A DNA stretch of 61,171 bases, counting the filler, from Sphacelaria rigidula (Eukaryota): assembly GCA_964200075.2 (NCBI GenBank). It is 6 parts of 6 records of this genome, joined end to end, with 100 filler letters (N's around TTAATTAATTAA, not from the genome) between each part and the next. Parts side by side here need not be neighbours in the genome. Positions count along the whole stretch, not along the records: positions 10,214 to 20,325 come from CAXNAA020007110.1; positions 20,426 to 30,537 come from CAXNAA020007111.1; 4 more parts are not named here. One strand, given 5' to 3'. Shown here one piece after another: positions 12,543 to 23,870 of this stretch. Positions within the stretch are counted from its first letter, which is position 1. The number at the start of each line of letters is the position of its first letter. The notes below the pieces were generated by a model. That model did not search any database, was not told the origin of the DNA, and was given only the letters and a program-made list of their open reading frames with translations. The position numbers and the translations under genes are program-made.

Positions 12543-15500
12543 CTGTTCGTGTAGTACATGTCCCGCATCTTTTCCCGCATCGCAGTCGCCGTTTCCTCTG
12601 TCGGAACCGCGCTCTTGTCACCCACCAAGCCGTAACTGCTCTCCGAGACGAGAAGAAAGAAGAAGAGGTGGAAAACGAACGTTAAAAAAGGCACGTACTA
12701 TGAGTACCACGGTGCATCCATGTCCCGAGCGTACATCCGAAATCCGCATTCACGACCCTTATCGCCGGCTTCATCATTTTGATTCGTTGAGGTTTCGTCG
12801 GTGATTTCCGCTTGCATTCTGGTGGTCTTTGTATCAGTGTTTAGTTGCATGGCCTTGACACTGAAGCCACGCTGCAGGGACCGGACAAGTCTCTCCCGTT
12901 ACTAATATTTTTATCGAGATCGGTTCTTCCATGTCCCCCCCCCCCCTACCCTTCCTTGCAGCCACTTGCTTCGCTCACTTCAACACTGCGTTCGGTTAAT
13001 TTTCCTTTCATGTTTCCCTCTTCTCGAGTTTTCCTTCGCGAGCGTTTCCGTTTAGTTTATCTTGCGTCCATCTTGTGGATGATGACCACAGCTCGATATA
13101 TCGGTTATCCCGTAATGTGCGATAATCGGACCAATTGAATCAATCATCAGATCCGACTACGATCCTGTGTTCCCCGTCACCCCGGGGCATCTAGTTCATT
13201 ACTGCGGTACGGTCATGATCCGACAAGGACAACGGCTCACCAACGCTTCCTCTCCATCTACTCAATTCCACCCGCGTCTACCTCAGCTTCCAGACACAAG
13301 GAAGGAGACACAGCCCCGTCCTACTCCACCACATCTTTGTTCGCAAGAGACTATGACTTCTCATCTCCGACTGTGTGAAAATTTCAATACAACAGAAAGC
13401 AATGAATTGAATCGTTCATGTATGATTTGTCTCGTATGACTTGTCACAAACAACTGCAACATGTCGATATCATATTCTCGGCCGAACCATGGGACCCGTC
13501 GTAAGCACAACGGAGCTGCTCTGCGACCTCATGAACCAGCCCCGTGCCCCCCAGAGGCGATGATTCTCTACCCTAAATATTTCCATCGCATCCCCGAGCA
13601 AATCAACCGAACTTGAATATTCTTCAATCTGATCGATGTGTGAAAGCACAGTGAACCTCACGTGTTCTTGCCCTGAGATACCGCGTTCCTATATTTCCTA
13701 CCCGCTATTCCCGTTACAGGAACAATCAGAGTACAGACGTTGACGTGTCGTTCCAGAGCACACAGTCTCGAGCGGTTTGTTGAGAGCATCCAGTACACGG
13801 TATGCCGCCGACAGGGGGTAGTACTCGCAACCTAGAGAGGGGCTGTTCAGCTGCAGCGTCAGGTTACGGCCATGGAACGTCACCCCGCGATGCTGTTCCA
13901 AAATATGGAATGAGGTCCACGTACGGCAAACATTTGTCTTCCTTTTTCCTTCACCCATCCATCCCTTCCCTTCCTCGAGACGAGTTCGTGATTCCAAGCG
14001 ATCAACCTCCCGTTCCCGAAGTACCTGCGAGACGTGTTACCGAGGATGGAACCCGCACTCCCGCACCTGGTCGGCCCTCGTCGACCTTTCTGCGCGACTC
14101 AATTCCTCACCCTCTCAATGTCAAACACAGATTTTCCTCGCAAAGACCGCATCTGTCGGCACTCAAACCCACACTCTTCCTCGCTAATTGGTAGCTAGTG
14201 TACCATCTAAAGTTAGACCCCCAGAGGGATGGCAGCACGACTCGCAAAATATAATCACGACTCACGTCGACTCGAGCATTTGCAGCCAAGCTTTCAGATT
14301 GTCCACATCGAGCATGTCCTCGTATCGAATGCTGTCGTACATGGGTACCCAATCACGTACTGCATTAAAGTCTTCTATTTTCGCCTGTCGTCGAGAAAGA
14401 GAGAGAGAGCGCGCGAGGGAGGGAGGGGGAGAGAGAGCAAAAACCAACGAGAGAGACATGAAAAACACAGTGAAAAGAATAACGAAAGGAACTCAAAAGA
14501 ATACAAGGACTTTCCTCGTAACCCGCTTCTGCAAAATAAAGTACACGTTACTGTGGTACATACGGTGCAGTATGTTCAATCGTGAAACCCACGGTACCTC
14601 GCTGTCTGCTTTTCGAAACGTACGGTATGGATGGTAGGGAGGCGGGCGAATGTTGTACCTATGCCGTAAAATACGTATATCGCGGGGACTGAGGGAATCT
14701 AAAATCCCGTTGCCCCGTCACGGAACAAAGAATAGCGGTGGTTGGCATGCTCCACTGTATACATGTGCTAATGTGCGCGTTTCACATGTTCGATCAACGA
14801 ATGTAGTGCGACCCTGACGGTCATCGTGCGGTATGAAAGTCAGTCAAGCATCGACTTCGTTGCAATTCGAAGGAAAAAAATGTAAAAATCACAAAGGGCA
14901 ACTGCCTCTCTATATCAGCTGTTCTAGGCAGCACAAAACGCCAGTAGATGCGGCGGCGATCGCAAAAAAACAAGGAAACGGCACGAAGACATATGGAGTG
15001 CGACACAGCCGAAACAAGAGATACGACATCTGAGGCAAAAGCTGAAACTGCGGACGTGTAAACATGTACAAATAAAGAGCACACTCGTCAATAAGCAGAT
15101 CGTAACATTTTGTTTTGACATCGTCGACCTTTCTCTTGTCTCTTCAGTGTAGTCTCTCCAGCTGGTCTGCAGGACGGACGGTATAGCCCATGGACCCGGG
15201 AAAAGCTTCAAGTCCTCGCTCGTGGGCACCATGTGCCGTGTCAAGGTCGTTGCTCCGACAACATCCAGCAAAGTTGAAGCAGTGCAGTCTCTTCAAAAAT
15301 CGATCACTTGACGAAATCGACGGTCATTGTTCTTTACAACATCTGAAATTTGTGGGACCCCATAACCTAGCCGAATGTAATCAGATCGAAAAAAATAAAC
15401 GGCTTTTTGTACCAGGGAGGAGTAAGGATACATCAACCGTTGTTCGGGGTGGGTTGACTGATTAGTCCGTCGTGCAGATCAAACCTGCACGAAAGGAGGA

Positions 15501-16446
15501 TACATGGCCACGATCCAGGATCTCAAAACAAGGTTCCCATTTGATGTTCATGAACAGAGTGTAACTTCGACGGGTGTTGCCCAACCTAAGACATAGAAAC
15601 GACATATTTTCGCCAAGAGTAATGGGTTCAGCTTTTGTTCGGGGTGCATCGGCTGTCAGGCTCGCCGTCCAATCCAACTACCGCAAGTAGAAAATGGCCC
15701 AGGATCTGGTAAAAATGTTACAACCTGATGTACACGAAAATATTTATTACAACCAAGTCAAACCCTGGACAATGGATTCCATTGTCAAAAAGTGTATAGC
15801 GAAGAGTATCGACTATTGCGTCTATCGCAATAGACAATTGATTCCATACTGTGCGCAGTACATTTTTGGACAATGGAATCTATCGCCCAGGATGTGAACC
15901 AAATCATCAACATCGCTGACTTCCAAGCAAGTGTACAGTGCGTACGCCAGGGCTGTGTCAACCCTCTCGATCGCGGGTCTGAACACATCTGTTGCATTAG
16001 ATATCGGCAATTTTGCCGACTACAACACGTGGTTTACTGTTGAAATAGACAAACGTGACGAAAAACAAAAACACACGCGGAGAAATCCAAGCCCTTTCCG
16101 AGGCATCGTGAAAACACTATCAGCAAGTACCTCCGAGCCACACTTCACATCGAATGTGAGGCCTCACGTGGGGTTGTTACACGGAGTACGGTATTCGTGA
16201 TTCACAGTACGTACGGCAAGGTATCAGGGAATGGCGGTACAGTACGTCAAAAGTGGGAACACGTGACGAGACAACAAGCGGTTGACCAAGTTCAAGTGGC
16301 GAGAGCTGACGCGGGGCGGGAGTGTTGGTCATGATCCATACCGCGAGACCAAAATGCAAGGTGTGTACCGGGCAAAGATCATGGGTTCATCCCTTCAGAC
16401 AGACCACGGACTTGTCCGGAGGAAGGGAAGGGACTCAAAGTGTGGC

Positions 16447-16483
<37 letters not shown>

Positions 16484-16688
16484 TATAGGACTCCACGCCG
16501 ATGAAATTATGATGCTGTGTTACCGTGGTACGTACGGTACGATGCTGGAGTTCGCAAATTTGTGCAGAACTGCGGTTACACACCTTTATACCGCGATAAG
16601 CCGCGGCAAAGTGACTGCGGGAAACGTTTCGAGGAATACCCCCCTTGAATACATATGGATTCGTGTATGCACTCGGCAGTTTCATGAG
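12543..16688 (-). CDS. Partial multi-exon gene of unknown function; exons 16688-16584, 16019-15900, 15677-15586, 15290-15129, 14384-14266, from 13842 (end unclear), 12635-12543
   Basis: AG/GT-bounded open segments. The first four chain in phase (LMKLPSAYTNPYVFKGG...GIK|SAKLPISNATDVFRPAIERVDTALAYALY...DDL|LDWTASL...LCLR|DCTASTLLDVVG...RER). 14384-14266 reads AKIEDFNAVRDWVPMYDSIRYEDMLDVDNLKAWLQMLEST with a GTGAGT donor. One junction (15129 to 14384) is out of phase, implying a missed exon. No domain recognised. Confidence 0.6.
15761..15894. mobile_element. Hairpin-forming mini-MITE family C, copy 1
   Basis: ACCCTGGACAATGGATTCCATTGTC...GACAATGGAATCTATCGCCCAGGAT inverted arms; terminal sequence resembles 42030-42195. 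Confidence 0.75.
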
Positions 16689-17946
16689 CTATGAGGTCAT
16701 CCTCCAGGTAAATCCGCTCCTCAGCCGATCTCCTACTTCTTGCTTGCTTTCCATGTCTCTTCAACTCTCAATTCACCTCACATCAATACTGGTACGTTAA
16801 ATCATGTGCTTTGTCGATCAATTATCACAGTGTCATTCATACAATAATATCGTACGCATCGGCCGTGCACCCCTGCGATCTAATGGCTAGCGACGCCAAG
16901 GAGGGAACACAAGAATCCTTTAGAGCAACTTTTTTTTTCCATTACAGTATAGTTCAAGGAAGGTTCATTCGCTTTTGAACATGCCCACTTGACGGCGGAA
17001 ACAAGACGAACACACCGGCGAGGCCTGATTTGTCCCCTGCGCCTTCGTTGTCTACATCCACGGCGAAACAAAGCAACAACAATTTTGAGTCCAAACGTGG
17101 CCGTTTAGGTTTGATTTGTACCTAAATGGTCATATTCTAACTTCAAATCTTGTGCAGCCCACAAGCCCACGAAGCACACCCCCCACAAATACCCCCAGAT
17201 CTAACACAGACACATTATAGGGGAACTGTAGATCGTTGCGCGCACGATGTGAATCTGCACACAGCGTTAGGTGCCGCGTGCGTTGCTCATGTAGTGCAAT
17301 ACGGAACAGCAACATGCACACATGTAAAAAACCGAGGAACGTCCGAGAAAAAAGACTACGTCATGGGTGAGAGCTCATGCCCAGACAGTACAGCCCGAGG
17401 AGGCTGGGCCTCACCTTTTTGGTTTGGTTTTGTGTACAGGTGCATGCGCTTTCTGCGCGCGGGCTCCCTCACTTGAACCCATGCTGTAAGGGCCGGTCAT
17501 TTTTCCCAACTTTTATTCCGTCATTAATCCACCCACTTCTTTCATCGGAACCGTTTGTTTTTGTTCCCCGATTTCCTGTAATTCCCTCTCCTCTCCTTCT
17601 CTTCCTTTTTCTGCTCGGTTTCGTTGTTCCCTGGTATTGGTTTTGGTTTTGCTTGCTCCAGTCTTGATTTCCGGTATACTCCGATTGCCCCATCTTCTTA
17701 TTCCCGCTGTCTTTTTCTTCAGCGAGCGTTTGCGTTTTCTAAACCTTGGGTACTTCTGTTTCGTAGATAATGACAACGACCCTCAGTGATTAGTTAAGGT
17801 GCGAGAATGAATGAATCAGCCAACCAATCAACCAGTCATAGCGTAATTCACGGCCAATCTTGAACGTAAAAAGCCTCCATATTTTCATGTGCGGACAAGA
17901 AGGAAGGGTGACGCCTCGCTCGAGAAGAAAGAACCGCACAAGATTG

Positions 17947-18583
17947 CACACGTAGGACAGCTCATGAGCTAGCTCATCTGCGGGCCGTAGCTCACTTGTA
18001 GTCAAACATGTACGTGTGAGCTACGTCCCATAGCTTACCCAGGACGGATATGAGCAAATGAGCTACGGGTTGGTAGCTCACCTATGGCAATCCTGTGTAG
18101 CTCATGCAGCTCCCATAGCTCAACCAGGACGAATATGAGCTGATGAGCTACGGGATGGTAGCTCACGTAGGGCAAACATGTGTAGCTCATGTAGCTCTCA
18201 TGGCTCATCCCGGGCAAACATGCGCGAATGAGGCACGTCCGGTAGCTTACCCAGGGCAAGCATGTGCAGCTCATGCATCCCTCATAGCTCATCCAGGGTA
18301 AACATGTGTAGCTCCCGCATCTCTCGGAGCTCACCCGGGAAAAACATGTGGATGAGCTACGCTCGATAGCTCACCCAAGGCAAACACGTGTAGCTCACGC
18401 AGCTCTCATAGCTCACCCGGGGAAAACATGACCGCATGAGCTAAGCCATCGCTACACGAAACTAAGTGCAGTCACGTTTTCCTCTACATTGATCGCCTGT
18501 TGCGAAGGATCTAGATCCACGGCATCATTTCCGACTGAAGCGCCGCCAGAGCTGCTGCCCCCCGCGGTGGCCATGCAGAGCGA

Positions 18584-18643
<60 letters not shown>

Positions 18644-19330
18644 TGTGCGTGTGGTGGCTATGATGCGGATGACTTCTCATACAACTATGCTTATGTTCAC
18701 AAAAGGCAAATCCATCGCTACACGAAACGGAACCTAGGTGTGTGCACATCTAACCGTCGTCACGTACGTACAATATCAACGTGCATGAGCATCGGAACAG
18801 AAACAGCTCCAAGATCGGCGTAGCTCCCGCAGCTCTTTAGCTCAACCAGGGCAATCATGCGTAGCTCATGTAGCTCTCATAGCTCATCCAGGGCAAACAT
18901 GTGGAGCTCACGCATCTCTCGTAGCTCATCCAGGGCAAACATGCGTGGCTCATGCAGCTCTCGTAGCTCAACCAGGACGAATATGAGCTGATGAGCTACG
19001 GGTTGGTAGCTCACCCAGGGCAAACGTGTGTAGCTCATACAGCTCTCATAGCTCACCCGGAAGGAATATGAGCTGATGAGCTACGGGTTGGTAGCTCACC
19101 CAGGGCAAACGTGTGTAGCTCATACAGCTCTCATAGCTCACCCAGAACGAATATGAGTTGATGAGCTACGGGTCGGTAGCTCACCCAGGGCAAGCGTGTG
19201 TAGCTCATACAGCTTTCGCAGTTCACCCAGGAATAACATGCGTAGCTCATGTAGCTCTCATAGCTTACTAGGGAGATACGCTAAAAAAGAGCAAGCTCGA
19301 GCTACAGGGAGCTGATCTGTCCGACGTGTG
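17947..19330. mobile_element. Non-autonomous hAT-like element with perfect 8-bp TSD and internal AGCT-rich tandem arrays
   Basis: TIR CACACGT(A/C)GGACAG at both ends; TSD CAAGATTG at 17939-17946 and 19331-19338. Arrays at ~17980-18445 and ~18820-19270, with an 85-bp period (18979, 19064, 19149). (TG)n at 18586-18639. Confidence 0.9.
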
Positions 19331-21049
19331 CAAGATTGCAAGGGCGGGTCGGTCGGATAGGGTATATTGTACCCGAAATTTTGGTATATTGAGAACTAGC
19401 ACATCACCTGACTCAAGTCAGTCACAATGACTTGTGCGGGCTCTAGAGAGGGGAAGAAAAGCACTGGGTTGGCCACTGCTGTAGGCATGGGTCGGATCTC
19501 ATTTTTTCAAAATAACACAATATCGGGTACGAGCTGGGCCAGCCTAGAAGCAAGGTTGTAGTTTGCGGGCCCATTCTCACCTCAATTTTTAGAGTTGCCC
19601 CCTCACATTTGATACAGACAATGAATAAGGCATGGACAAAAAATGGAAAGCAACTTCAAATATTTTTTTCTCCATGGTTTCACGGCATTTTACTGAAACC
19701 TGGAAAGTGGCTATGGTCTCTAAAGCACTAGCGGTTGCCCATACGAAATTTCAAGGCACAACTCTCGAAAGCTGAGACGCAATATCCAAATTCAGTGTAT
19801 TTAGTGCCTCTGCTCGTGATATATTGATTCTAGTATGGACCCTTATATCGCCATATCTCGGGATAGATTACGAATTAGATGGAAGGTGAGGGTATCTTTT
19901 GTCTGCCCGTGCTCCAGGGGATGTCCACACCAAAAATCGTCGTCATCTGCTCCATATGTCGTTCGGGATTTCATATAGATTTTAGTATGGACGCTATCTC
20001 CGTACCGTATGGGGATCACCAGATATGGGGTTTAATCAACGAAAACAAGTCGGCCCAGGCTTTTGAGCAGATGTGCACCTTCTCCTTGATTGGACGATAA
20101 GTACGATATGCGGATCACGGCTCAACTTGTCTGTGTCGATGAGATATTGTTTGAGAGCTTAACCCTTAGACGACGAGCGTTGCCTCGGAACAGTTGTACA
20201 GGCGCACAGTCCCGAGACATCCGGGGGTTTCCAGTGCTCGGGGGGGGGGGGGGGGGGCTGTACGCAGGCCACCGCCGAACCCCCCGGGCCCAACCATGGG
20301 GGTTTGGAAGTTTCCCGCGGAAAATNNNNNNNNNNNNNNNNNNNNNNNNNNNNNNNNNNNNNNNNNNNNTTAATTAATTAANNNNNNNNNNNNNNNNNNN
20401 NNNNNNNNNNNNNNNNNNNNNNNNNGTACCCGACAAGTGGGCAACATCCCCGTATAGACAGTAGCAATGCTAGTGGGCGCATGATCCTGACAATCTGGCA
20501 GCCGGCAAGGTAGTCATGATAATATCTTCCTCGCGATATCAACTTACAGTGCACTGCTGCAGAGTTCACAGGCAAATATTTAGGCGATTGCCTCACCTGC
20601 AGTTCGCACCACCATGTCACCGCGTCAGATTATATGTGAAAATGTGTCAGATCCTGTATTATGTTGAAATGTCCCCGACACTGGACGAAGATTCTACAGC
20701 CAGTACTGTACGAACACGGTGTTGGAAGTGCATCGCACAGAGTAAAGAATATATTGCCGACTATAGTTTGTGTAATACTCGTACCTCAAGTCGGTAACTG
20801 CAACGCTACACTTCGAGACAACACTGTGTAAAACTCTTCAGGGTGTCAAATGCTACAGGCGGCTTTCGCGCCATAGTGGCTGTATTACCATACAGCTTCG
20901 CCCAAGATACAGGCAGCCATGACAGTAGCAGAGGCGGCATTTCACTCCTGCGTGCGCGACCTGGGGCAAACGCACGCTGTAGCTACAACACGGAGAGCTT
21001 TACAAAATGATATNNNNNNNNNNGCAGATACAAGCGGTTGTGTGCATGA

Positions 21050-23870
21050 TATGGCGAACTGCATAGGATAGCGCGAAATCAATGCAGCGCAGGGGTAGGC
21101 TGAGGATGTGGCGTTCTGTGATATGCTTTATCACCCTGCACCCTGCCGCTGTGCAGTGAACAGGCAGTACCACCGTAGGCGTAACGTCGCGGTTGGTGGG
21201 CCGTGTCGAACACATAGCAGCAAACAGCATATTTCATGTTCTGTACAAGAAACGATGGTGTGTGTTTCATGACCAATGCGCACAGCGTAGGACCCGCATC
21301 TAGAGAACCCTGCACCAACTCGCCCTGTTTTAGTGGACATGAATTATTCAGCAAAAAACGCTTGCAACGTGTGCGGGGATGAACGCCATGCGTCATGCAG
21401 CTTTCTCCCATGTGCGGCATCGCCCGTGAAGCGCGCTGTTGAAGCTAACAGTGCCCAACCCTCTTCCCACGATGACCTCTTGTCTTAGCTCGATATAGTT
21501 GAAACTGCGGAACATGACCTCAACTAGTAGAACGTGCACCTCACCGTGATGAAAGCTTCCATATTATCGAAAGGGAATAACACTGGCAGAGGCATCAGCA
21601 GCATGCGGTAAATTGTGTCCAGTCGAGAGCGATGGCGCACTCATACTGTCTGTTGCCGTTGTATCCAGCGAAGACATCTCACACACACATACATGCTGAC
21701 GCTGCACGCAATTGACTGCAAGGTCAAAACTTGTCACGGGTTCTCTGGGACTATTATCTACATGAATTCCAAGTATCCACATGTTCATGAAATAGCGTTT
21801 TGTGTAGCAAGAAGAGAGCTGTTCTGAACGTCAAATGTAACATCGTCCATCTCAGTCCACCTGCCGGGCGGTCGCTGTCCAAGGGTTTAATCAATATGAG
21901 GACTCCCCTCCTCTCGGGTCTCCTTCCTGGCTCATATGTTCCGCTGGAAACTTCCAAACGCATGGGTGATTTCATGACCTTCTGGTTGTCCTGCAAATAG
22001 GCACCCACCCCCCACTCGAAAAGTAAATAAATATAAAACCATCCCTTCCGACCCCTGATGTCCCTGAACTGTCAGCCGGAGAAACGTTCCGAAACGAAGT
22101 TCGCAGTCTAGGGGTTAACCATTTGGTCGCCAGATTTGCTCGTCGGTGTACTCGGCATCATTGTAATTTGAAATATGGCGTTAATGACTTATTCGACCCA
22201 GCCCTGTATTATTCTCTCTCCTATGTGGGACGTACACTGCCACGTAGCACACTGATCAGATGAAAGGTGAAGAAGCGGCTGACGTCCCACAGATGGGGGC
22301 AACTCAAAGTTAATTGAAAGATTTTCGCACGAAGCGCGATTGTGGCCGGCGTTTGGAAATCGACACTCGGCAAGAATTGAGGACGTATTTAAAATCAGGG
22401 GAAGAACTCACACAGGGGATATGTCCTGTTTCACTGTGCTGCCGCACGAACACACTCTCGCCCTCTCGTGTGCTGTAGCTGTCACTGCGCTGTGGTGTGT
22501 TCAGACTTTCGCGAAGACGGTTTGGTCTCCGCAGGGACTGCCTAAGTTGCTTCATGGCCATTGTGTTCATCTCTATGAGCTGGACCAGCAGTAAATCGTG
22601 CTCTTGCTTTTCACACCACAACTTATCAAGTTTACTAAAGCAGCCAGGCGTGAGCATATCGCTGCGAACTGCAGACCAACCTGGTACCTCATGGCCCTGC
22701 CGTTGGATGAGAAAAAAAATGTGGAAAAATGTACTGAAATATATATAACCCTGACGGAACGAGAAAAGAGAGAAATTGTCGGGATTTCAACTCATGACCT
22801 CCACAACTGGAGTCTCCTATATCACTTGGACCAAAGGGGTGCAGCAGTGTCACACGAAAAGTGCCCTGCTGCGCCCAATTTGAGGTATTTCCGGTCTAAA
22901 TGTAATCAGTATCTCCTGCACGCAAGTGCCCACGACGTGTGAGGCGGTGCCTCGTATTTCTTCATTATCAGGGAGTCACAGCCTTTTCCCTGTTTTTGCT
23001 GAAACTTCATCAAGCTTAACTTTTTTTTCGTGTGCATCTTTTTACCAGTTGCGCACGTTGATTATAAAAATCTCCCGTCAAACTTTCAGTGCCCAACTTC
23101 TCGAATTACCAACCGCATCGCCGGGATACATCCAAAAATCACTGTCAGCTGGCCCAGCTCGAATAGAAAATAATGTCGGTCGGCACGCAGTGCTGTCTAT
23201 ACACTGTCGAAAACTTCACGATGTATTGGCTGTTTTTATCCTCCCTCAAACGAAAAAGGCGCTTACCATGCCCATCTGTTTCTATTCTTCGGTCGTGGCA
23301 ATGGTGTTATGCATTTGAGCACTCTACAACGAACACGATGTGATGCGCGCTCGAGAGTGTCTGATTAGCTGTACTACCGCATGCCGTGTTTCGGTCTGTA
23401 TAGAATTGGGGTGGGATCAAAGTGTTACCTGTACAACATTGAAAAATCACGAGATCCCTGTGCAGCTGTCCGTTGCTTCTCCTTCAGTACGTTTTAGTCA
23501 TGGTCGGGTGCTGTGATCGGGGGAGACACGCGAGGTGGGTACGTGTAGATTGGGGTAAGCGAACTGAGCCTGCACCGAGCTGCTGTATCCTCAGCGATTG
23601 ATGATCGCGGCTGTCTGTCTCACAGCGGTCCAATGTGTGGGCCAATCAAAGCTATTTTGCAAACTCATATGCAACTCGTTTTCTCCATCGGATCGGTGAA
23701 AGATGACCGCATTTTCGTATACTGGATGGCTCTGATTGGTGGAAAGACGTTGCAAATCGTGTTTCTTACCCCCAACTGTGGGCCCTATGCTGAAAAAGCC
23801 TGCCTTGACCCTTGCTTCGTTTCAGGGATTTCACCGATTCCGTGTACCCGCTGGATTAATTGACTGGGAC
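21050..23870 (-). pseudogene. Decayed, apparently intron-containing coding relic; tentatively a CxC/KDZ-type transposase
   Basis: Ordered minus-strand fragments with stops and frameshifts: DPMEKTSCI*VC / WTAVRQTAAIINR*GYSSSVQ / DGHGKRLFRL...DIIFYSSW / PPHTSWALACRRY*LHLDRKY...HFSCD / WILGIHVDNSPREPVTSFDLAVNC / LDAGPTLCALVMKHTPSFLVQNMK. The family assignment rests on loose motif resemblance only. Confidence 0.3.

Noticed and set aside
17980-19270. CRISPR-like regular repeats
   Set aside because: Units are tandem and degenerate with no unique spacers, lie inside a TIR/TSD-bounded element, and have no cas genes nearby. The same applies to 36400-36850.
22800-23000. HMG box
   Set aside because: Only superficial similarity; conserved aromatic positions do not fit and the frame has stops.
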